From: Campylobacterales bacterium | GTDB taxonomy: Bacteria; Campylobacterota; Campylobacteria; Campylobacterales; Sulfurimonadaceae | Assembly (NCBI GenBank): GCA_038205935.1 | Contig: JBBRBK010000046.1 | Span: forward strand, 1 to 15,102 | Length of the DNA stretch: 15,102 bases | Direction: 5' to 3' | Shown: piece by piece, positions 8,624-15,102 of the stretch | How the letters are laid out: every line of letters begins with the position of its first letter | Position numbering within the stretch: the first letter of the stretch is position 1 | Notes under the pieces: model-generated | Database searches by the model: none | Told to the model about the DNA's origin: nothing | What the model saw: the letters and a program-made list of their open reading frames with translations, nothing else | Translations under genes and position numbers: made by a program

Positions 8624-9580
8624 TTACTCTCCTTGGAAAAAATTATTTTGATTGAGTGTATCAATAAGCGTTTGTACAGAAGAACAAGATTTTGCGAACA
8701 TCTCTTTTTCTTTCTCGTTTAAAGTTACTTCAATGATTTTTTCAGCACCGTTTGCACCAAGCATTACAGGTACACCAGAAACAACATCACTATATCCATA
8801 TTCACCATCAAGATATACGGCACATGGATGGATCTGTTTTGTATCTTTAAGAATCGCTTCTACCATAATACCGGTTGCCTTTGCAGGTGCATAATATGCA
8901 GAACCAGTTTTAAGATACCCGACTATTTCTGCTCCGCCATGACGTGTACGCACAACGATTTCTTCAATCTCAGCATCACTTAAAACATCGGTTAAAGGAA
9001 CACCGGCAACTGTAGAATAGCGAGGAAGTGGAACCATATCATCACCATGTCCACCCATAACAGAAGCACGTATTTGTCCTCCACCATATCCAAGTTTTTC
9101 TTGAATAAATGAAGCCATTCTTGAACTGTCTAAGACACCGGCCATGCCAATCACTCTGCTTCTATCAAAGCCACTCTCTTTGAGAGCTACATAAGTCATA
9201 GCATCGAGAGGATTGGAAACCATGATGATAATAGCGTTTGGAGAGTATTGGGCGATCCCTTTTATAACCTCTTTGGTAATATTCGCATTGATCATCAAAA
9301 GATCGTCACGACTCATCCCTGGTAAACGAGGGCTTCCAGCAGTTACAACAACAACATCACAATCTGTAAGATCAGACATATCCTCTGCTACTTTAACAAC
9401 TGTATGACTTCTGACAGCTGAAGCTGCTTGACTCATATCTAAAGCTTTCCCTTTAGCTACGTCAATTTTATTATCTCTTAAAATAATCTCGTGACAAGAT
9501 CCTAGCATTGCAAGTGAATAAGCTACTGTCGCACCAACATTTCCAGCGCCGACAATACCAACTCTTTTTCCTTGATTCAT
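8624..9580 (-). CDS. mdh: Malate dehydrogenase (LDH-like type)
   Basis: GAGNVG Rossmann motif, MDH-specific [11 protein letters not shown] loop, NPLD and GGHGD. Start set at the ATG at 9580 after RBS GAGGAG (9593-9588), instead of 9595. Confidence 0.96.
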   Translation of the reverse strand: MNQGKRVGIVGAGNVGATVAYSLAMLGSCHEIILRDNKIDVAKGKALDMSQAASAVRSHTVVKVAEDMSDLTDCDVVVVTAGSPRLPGMSRDDLLMINANITKEVIKGIAQYSPNAIIIMVSNPLDAMTYVALKESGFDRSRVIGMAGVLDSSRMASFIQEKLGYGGGQIRASVMGGHGDDMVPLPRYSTVAGVPLTDVLSDAEIEEIVVRTRHGGAEIVGYLKTGSAYYAPAKATGIMVEAILKDTKQIHPCAVYLDGEYGYSDVVSGVPVMLGANGAEKIIEVTLNEKEKEMFAKSCSSVQTLIDTLNQNNFFQGE

Positions 9581-9617
9581 TAATGGACTCCTCAAATAGT
9601 TTGCCTACAGCCCTTGC

Positions 9618-9630
9618 ATCATATACTTAA
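9618..9630 (-). promoter_or_regulatory. Candidate promoter for the mdh-oor operon
   Basis: The minus strand reads TTAAG-TA-TATGAT (-16 TTAAG plus -10), about 40 bp upstream of the mdh start. Other -10-like hexamers exist in this AT-rich spacer. Confidence 0.4.
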
Positions 9631-9759
9631 GTAAACCTGTGCAAACACAAGTTATTTTAAGTATAAAAAGGCCATATTTTTTACATCTCTTATGATACAC
9701 TAACAACTATAACTATTCTATAAGGAGAACAAAAGATCACTCAAACTTTTTTTTATGTT

Positions 9760-10722
9760 TCATTTTGTAGCATTATGTATGTTTTTTATGTGTGTAGAAT
9801 AGTTACAACTAAAGATATGCTTCCCATCTTTTCCCTTTACAAAATAGAGATATGATGTTTTATCTGGAGAAATAGCTGCTTTTATTGCATCAAAACCAAC
9901 ATTACATACAGGAGATTCTGGCAACCCTTTGTTTAGATACGTATTGTATGAACTTTTATCATTTACAATTCTTTGATGCGTGATTTTAACGTGTGAATAC
10001 TTTCCATAGTTCAGCGTTCCGTCCATCTGGAGCTTCATACCATCTTTTATACGGTTATAGATAACAGAACTCACAAGGGGCATCTCTTCTTTGGAGCCTG
10101 CTTCTTTTTGAATGACTGAAGCGATTGTTACATATCGAAACCATTCTTCTTTATTATATTTTCCCAATACCTTGTTTGAATACTCAATCATCTTTGTATT
10201 TGATTTTTCTAAAAGTGTTTTAATAAGAGTCTCTTCATTGACACCGACAGAAAATCGATAGGTATCTGGAACAAATTGCCCCTCTTTATAATGGGTATAT
10301 TTATCATAATTTTTCTGCAAGAGCTCTCTATTTAAATGAAGTTCTTCGGCGAGTTGATTTAAGAAGATATAAGTCGTTTCACCTGGTATCAGTGTAACAT
10401 CTTCCATAGAAGGTTTTGTAGTAGCTAGTTTGTATAAAAAGTCGGCATGAGTCATGACAGTTTCATTCAAATCAATAAGCCCTTTTTGTGGCCTACCAAA
10501 AAATCGTATCAAAACGGCATCAACCCTCGTAACACTATAGTTTTGTTCAGATAGCTGTGTTATAATCTTATTCATAGAGCCACCTGGTATCAAAACCGTT
10601 TTTGGGGTTGTAATAATCATATTTAGGTAATACATGAACGAAATAAGTATCAGCAGCGCAATCTCAAAGCTCCATTCAATTATAGTAAGCTTTTTTTTAT
10701 TTATTTTTTTATTTATTTTCAT
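9760..10722 (-). CDS. mltG: Endolytic peptidoglycan transglycosylase MltG (YceG-like)
   Basis: VTLIPGET, EGQFVPDTY, IASVIQKEA (catalytic Glu), VSSVIYNR, LQMDGT, YNTY...GLP and YLYFV motifs. The start is uncertain (ATG at 10722 or 10731, giving a basic N-terminus plus membrane anchor); the ORF-track start at 10800 is probably too long. Confidence 0.92.
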   Translation of the reverse strand: MKINKKINKKKLTIIEWSFEIALLILISFMYYLNMIITTPKTVLIPGGSMNKIITQLSEQNYSVTRVDAVLIRFFGRPQKGLIDLNETVMTHADFLYKLATTKPSMEDVTLIPGETTYIFLNQLAEELHLNRELLQKNYDKYTHYKEGQFVPDTYRFSVGVNEETLIKTLLEKSNTKMIEYSNKVLGKYNKEEWFRYVTIASVIQKEAGSKEEMPLVSSVIYNRIKDGMKLQMDGTLNYGKYSHVKITHQRIVNDKSSYNTYLNKGLPESPVCNVGFDAIKAAISPDKTSYLYFVKGKDGKHIFSCNYSTHIKNIHNATK

Positions 10723-13700
10723 TAGTTTCATTTCTATTGTAAATGGTATTGAAATTAAAAGTTTAAAGTTTTCATCTTTTAATATCGAGAAATTATACAT
10801 AAAATGGGATCAAAAACTTATCGTTACAGCACAAAGCATTGAAATAAAAACATCTAAGAAGAAAAAAATAGAATTAAATTATCAAAAAAAGCTCAAAAAT
10901 GCTTTTGATATTTTACGAAATGTGTATGAATTCTCTGATCTAGTACAAGAAATTGATATTAAAAAGATTACTATCAATGACGCAAATATCTCATTTCGAT
11001 ATAAAATAGATGAAAATAGTTTTCTTTCCATAAAGTCTGGTAAAATCAAAGCTTTATGTAAAATAGAGGCACAAAAGAATCGTTCTATAGTTTATATTAA
11101 TCAATTTGAAGACACTAAAGAGCAGTTTCATATTCATGGTATAGCCATTATCGATAATACTAAGGAAGAGATAACAAGCAAACTCCATATGGAGATTCTA
11201 CATGATGCAAATCTCACACTCTACATGTATATGAATACCAACAAGCTTTTTTACACTGCAGAGTCTCAAAAGAGTATCGATAATTTACCCAAGATCGTCA
11301 AAATTTTAAATATCCCTCAAGATATCAATAAGTGGATATATGATGCTACGAAAGTCAAAGATACAAATCTGAAAACTTTATATGGAAGTATAAATCTTCT
11401 CAAACCTGAAGAGATAATGCAATATATCTATGTAGATGCTGATTTTAATGCTTTGGAATATACTTTTGATACTAGATTAGCACCCATTATCACATCGAGC
11501 ACAAATCTCATTTTTGAGAAAGGAATTTTGCATATACGCCCTAAAAATGGGAAATTTCACAATCAAGATCTCAACAATAGTTATGCAGATATCGATTTTA
11601 ATCCTGATAAATATTTATTGACCTTACACCTTCAAGATCTGCTTTCGCTTGATAGTGATGTTTTAAATCTCTTAAAAACATACAAAGTAAATATTCCCTT
11701 CATGCAAACTAGCTCTAAAGTAGATACAAATCTTTTTATCTCTGTAAAACTTGAAAATTCAGATACACAGGTAGATGGGAACTTCACAATTGGGCAAGGA
11801 ACATTTTTATATAGAAATATGAATCTTGATGCTTCAAATGGATTTGTTACTCTAAAAGGTTCACAAGTAGATATTAAAAGACTAAAACTCTCTTATAAAG
11901 ACAGTATAGATACAAATGTAAGTGGAACTCTTAATCCAAATAAGAGTGTAGGAAAAATAGAAATAGATATTAATAAAATGAATTTTGCCAGCCTCCTTTT
12001 AAAACCAAATAAGTCAAAAGCACATCTTACATATTTTATTACACCAAAAGAAGATAATATCAGTGTTTCCCCTCTTCTCTTTGATCATAAAGGCGATGAA
12101 GTAAGATTGAATGCTTTCAATATGAAAGTCAATTTAGAAACACTTTATGCAAAACTCTCAAGATTCCAAGTCTCTGTATCAGATAAACTTACAGGCTTTC
12201 TATGGGGTGATATCAATCTTGATAAACTCACTGCCAATCTCAACCTTGATATCACAAAACTACAATATAAGACAATCAAACTAGATCAAGCGATTCTTCC
12301 AGTTTCTATCAAATATGATAAAAAAATACAAATAAATGCAGCAAATAAAATTGCACTAAAAATAAAAGATAATAAAGCGATCTTAAGTCCAATGCAGTTG
12401 ACCCTCGATACGGGAAAAATAAAAATAGCTAATGCTAACATCAATATTACTGATCAGCTGAGTTCTAATTTTGCTTTTGATTATGATACAAATACTAGTT
12501 TGGGGAATATAGTCTTACAAAAAGTTAATTTAAAAAATGAGTTTTTAAAAAGTTTTTTTAATAAAAATGAGACATATACTCTTAACATTAGTAAAAAAGA
12601 TACTAATACTGAAATTTTTATGAATAAATATAATACAAAACTCATTTTACAAGAGAATGATTTATGGGCACTGAGATGTGAAGATTTTAGCAAGATTTAC
12701 AAAAATATTCCATTATTTAAGGATTACAATATTACAAATGGGAGTCTCACTATTGCTTCTACCAGCCAAGATGATAATTTATTTTTCAGTGGAATGCTTA
12801 AATATCCATATAAACTTCTTGTAAAAGAGAATAAACCTTTAGATACCTACATGTTTAATGGTTCCTATTCTCCTAAGAAAATAGAATTTAAAATTAATAA
12901 TGATTTTCAAATGGAAATAGCAAACAAAGAGATCAAAATCAAATCAGATAATATAGGTTTTAATATTCCAGAATTTGTAAAATTTAGTGATGAACATAAA
13001 ATAAATACAGATTCAAAAGAGGGTATGCCCATAATGTTAAAAGCAAAAAATAGCTACCTATATTATAAAGAGGATAGAAGGATGCTTGCGGACACTTTAG
13101 ATGTACAGTATTCTAATTCAGAGATTACCGCTCAACTCACACATCAAAAAGGTAAAGCAAGTTTTACTCTCAATAAATATGGTCTCTTTTATCTTCACGG
13201 ATCAAACTTCGATGATCTATTTATGGAAAAACTGTTTGCTACTTCCAAGTTTTCCAAAGGCGCACTCTCTTTTACATTCAATGGAGCATTTGACGACTTT
13301 TCAGGGATCATTGAGATCAAAAATACAATTTTAAAAGAATACAAGGCTTTAAATAATGTTTTTGCCTTTGTTAACACAGTTCCGTCTCTTGTGACTTTCA
13401 GCGTGCCGGATTATTCTCAAAAAGGCTTACATGTAGAAAATATGTATGTTGGTTTTACTTCCAAAAAAGGGTTATATGATTTAAGTGACCTATCCCTCAC
13501 ATCTAAAGAGATCAAGATCTATGGAAAAGGCACAATGAATCTACGGACTGATACTCTAGATCTTGATATGAATTTGAAAACAGATTTGGGATCTAAAGCA
13601 TCCAAAATCCCTATCGTTGGCTATATACTTTTTGGTAAAGACAGTCTTTCAACATCGCTAAAAGTTACTGGAAGTATTTATGATCCGGAGGTTAGTACAA

Positions 13701-13798
13701 CAGTAGCAAAAGATATGATTATTGCACCGCTCAACATCATTAAAAGAGCATTGTTACTACCCGTAGAGTTATTTACTCCGAGTAGTAAAGAAGAATAA
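10634..13798 (+). CDS. AsmA-like / YhdP-type large periplasm-spanning protein (putative phospholipid bridge)
   Basis: 1054 aa with a single N-terminal hydrophobic anchor, a beta-strand-rich body and an AsmA_2-like C-terminus (IYGKGTMNL...IPIVGYILFG...LKVTGSIYDPEV). Lies next to mltG, as recalled for Campylobacter and Helicobacter. Confidence 0.8.
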   Translation: MNEISISSAISKLHSIIVSFFLFIFLFIFISFISIVNGIEIKSLKFSSFNIEKLYIKWDQKLIVTAQSIEIKTSKKKKIELNYQKKLKNAFDILRNVYEFSDLVQEIDIKKITINDANISFRYKIDENSFLSIKSGKIKALCKIEAQKNRSIVYINQFEDTKEQFHIHGIAIIDNTKEEITSKLHMEILHDANLTLYMYMNTNKLFYTAESQKSIDNLPKIVKILNIPQDINKWIYDATKVKDTNLKTLYGSINLLKPEEIMQYIYVDADFNALEYTFDTRLAPIITSSTNLIFEKGILHIRPKNGKFHNQDLNNSYADIDFNPDKYLLTLHLQDLLSLDSDVLNLLKTYKVNIPFMQTSSKVDTNLFISVKLENSDTQVDGNFTIGQGTFLYRNMNLDASNGFVTLKGSQVDIKRLKLSYKDSIDTNVSGTLNPNKSVGKIEIDINKMNFASLLLKPNKSKAHLTYFITPKEDNISVSPLLFDHKGDEVRLNAFNMKVNLETLYAKLSRFQVSVSDKLTGFLWGDINLDKLTANLNLDITKLQYKTIKLDQAILPVSIKYDKKIQINAANKIALKIKDNKAILSPMQLTLDTGKIKIANANINITDQLSSNFAFDYDTNTSLGNIVLQKVNLKNEFLKSFFNKNETYTLNISKKDTNTEIFMNKYNTKLILQENDLWALRCEDFSKIYKNIPLFKDYNITNGSLTIASTSQDDNLFFSGMLKYPYKLLVKENKPLDTYMFNGSYSPKKIEFKINNDFQMEIANKEIKIKSDNIGFNIPEFVKFSDEHKINTDSKEGMPIMLKAKNSYLYYKEDRRMLADTLDVQYSNSEITAQLTHQKGKASFTLNKYGLFYLHGSNFDDLFMEKLFATSKFSKGALSFTFNGAFDDFSGIIEIKNTILKEYKALNNVFAFVNTVPSLVTFSVPDYSQKGLHVENMYVGFTSKKGLYDLSDLSLTSKEIKIYGKGTMNLRTDTLDLDMNLKTDLGSKASKIPIVGYILFGKDSLSTSLKVTGSIYDPEVSTTVAKDMIIAPLNIIKRALLLPVELFTPSSKEE
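10693..10716. repeat. Perfect 12-bp tandem duplication (TTTTTTATTTAT x2) in the mltG/AsmA overlap
   Basis: 10693-10704 equals 10705-10716; it encodes repeated FLFI on the plus strand and repeated KINK on the minus strand. Confidence 0.7.
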
Positions 13799-13809
13799 AA
13801 AAAGAAGCT

Positions 13810-15012
13810 CTATTCGTTTCTTAGAACAGTGAGGATGTCAACTTCACTTGCTTTTTTAGCAGGATAGTAAGAGGAAAGAATAACGATAAAGAAAGCACCG
13901 AAAACGATGATACCAAAGTCAAGTAAACTTAGATCTAGTGGAAGTGTCGTTGTCGGATAAACATCTTTTGGAAGATGCACGATATCAAAAGTACTCAAAA
14001 TCCAAATACCGCTTAGTCCTAAAATAACACCGGTTAAAATCCCACCGATTCCTATAACAATACCAAGATACAAAAATACTTTTTTAATCTCTATCTTAGA
14101 AGCCCCAAGTGAGAGTAGAAGAGCGATTTCAGAGCGTCTATTCATAACTGTCATAAGAAGTGAAGAGATGATATTAATCGATGCGATAAGAATCAATAAC
14201 ATCAGTACTATAAAAAGTGATGTTTTTTCTAAAGCAAGTGCCGCAAAAAAGTTTGTATTATCTTGCCACCACCCTTTAACTATGACAGTATCGGGTAATA
14301 TTTTTCCTATCTTTTTGATATCTTCTTCGGGATGAGGAGAATAGATATGAATACCATCATACCGATCTAAGGGAACTGAGAGAACCTTTTGTAAAGATTC
14401 TATATCGGTGTAGCTGTACGCTTTATCATAAGCGATCAATCCTGAATCAAAAAAGTCACTCACTGTAAATCTTTTTATCTTTGGAGTAACAGAGAGTCCA
14501 CCTGGTTCAACCTGCGTAAAAATGTACATCAGTTTATCATTTTTTTGAATCTGATACTCTTCTTGAAGAGGCTTACCGATGATAACACTAAATTTTGGAT
14601 AAGTTTTATTTTCAACAGCTTTTTTAAATATGCTATTCACTTTTGATTCTGCTTTAAAATCGACGCCAAAGATATATCCACCCTCTAAAGTTGAACCGCT
14701 TCTTGTCATGACAGAAGACATAACAAAGGGACTAAAATCAAGATTTGGAAATTTATTTGTAAGTGTTGATAATAGCTCTTCATTCACAGAGCCATCAAAT
14801 TTTGGAAGAATTGTAAGAGGATAATTCATAACAGTAAGTTTATTTTTAAACTCTTTGTCAAAACCATTCATAAGGGCCATAGCAATGATAAGAACCATGA
14901 CGCCAAGAGTAATACCTAGAAATGCTAAAAGAGCGGAAAGAAAGATAAAGGGCTGTTCTTTGTCAAAGCGTAAAAAACGCTTGACAAGATAAGGAATAAT
15001 ACTGGTACTCAA
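13810..15012 (-). CDS. lolF: Lipoprotein-releasing ABC transporter permease (LolC/E/F family)
   Basis: [38 protein letters not shown] and YYPAKKAS motifs with MacB/FtsX topology. The TTG start overlaps the secA stop (TTGA). lolF versus lolC/lolE is inferred from the lineage. Confidence 0.85.
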   Translation of the reverse strand: MSTSIIPYLVKRFLRFDKEQPFIFLSALLAFLGITLGVMVLIIAMALMNGFDKEFKNKLTVMNYPLTILPKFDGSVNEELLSTLTNKFPNLDFSPFVMSSVMTRSGSTLEGGYIFGVDFKAESKVNSIFKKAVENKTYPKFSVIIGKPLQEEYQIQKNDKLMYIFTQVEPGGLSVTPKIKRFTVSDFFDSGLIAYDKAYSYTDIESLQKVLSVPLDRYDGIHIYSPHPEEDIKKIGKILPDTVIVKGWWQDNTNFFAALALEKTSLFIVLMLLILIASINIISSLLMTVMNRRSEIALLLSLGASKIEIKKVFLYLGIVIGIGGILTGVILGLSGIWILSTFDIVHLPKDVYPTTTLPLDLSLLDFGIIVFGAFFIVILSSYYPAKKASEVDILTVLRNE

Positions 15013-15102
15013 GATGCAAATACACCTTTTTTAGGACCACTCACACCACAACATTGTTTATACTTTTTACCGCTTCCACAAGGACAAAGATCATTTCTAG
15101 CC
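15009..15102 (-). CDS. secA: C-terminal end of protein translocase SecA (SEC-C motif), truncated by the window edge
   Basis: Not in the ORF track. The minus strand from 15101 reads [30 protein letters not shown], with stop TGA at 15011-15009, coupled to the Lol permease start. Confidence 0.88.
   Translation of the reverse strand, partial: ARNDLCPCGSGKKYKQCCGVSGPKKGVFAS

Noticed and set aside
5534..9407. Plus-strand ORFs antisense to sucD, sucC, fumC and mdh
   Set aside because: Antisense shadows arising from the codon bias of highly conserved genes, with no independent coding evidence.
9721..9741. Plus-strand TAAGGAG Shine-Dalgarno-like motif, and GAAC-AAAA-GATC as a possible fourth TetR operator upstream of mdh
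   Set aside because: No start codon lies at a usable distance, and the operator match has a core mismatch and poor flanks.
10732..10800. Extended mltG N-terminus (MYNFSILK...)
   Set aside because: It adds 23 residues before the basic N-region and deepens the overlap without supporting evidence; a downstream ATG is more plausible.
12481..14824. Small ORFs within the AsmA-like and Lol genes (12481-12693, 13101-13334, 13195-13377, 14630-14824)
   Set aside because: Nested in long, well-supported CDSs and carrying no recognisable motifs.

Overview
AT-rich bacterial DNA, most consistent with Campylobacterota (Sulfurimonas/Sulfurovum-like; inferred from the oorDABC-sucCD-mdh-mltG-AsmA-lol-secA gene set, not from a search). 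The left edge holds the 3' part of a tyrosine integrase that ends 19 bp from the 3' end of an RNase P RNA gene (rnpB, minus strand, about 764-1085, not covered by the ORF track). Att-like repeats and a hairpin sit at the junction, suggesting a mobile element inserted at rnpB rather than at a tRNA. Next is a TetR regulator preceded by three helically phased palindromic operators. A minus-strand TCA/reverse-TCA operon follows (mdh-fumC-sucC-sucD-[HMA/CopZ-like]-oorD-oorA-oorB-oorC), ending in an intrinsic terminator. The right part is an envelope cluster: mltG overlapping head-to-head with a 1054-aa AsmA/YhdP-like gene, a Lol-type ABC permease, and the last 30 codons of secA. Most of the window is core housekeeping; the main items of interest are the rnpB-adjacent integrase, the operator triplet, the metal-binding gene inside the TCA operon and the antiparallel gene overlap.
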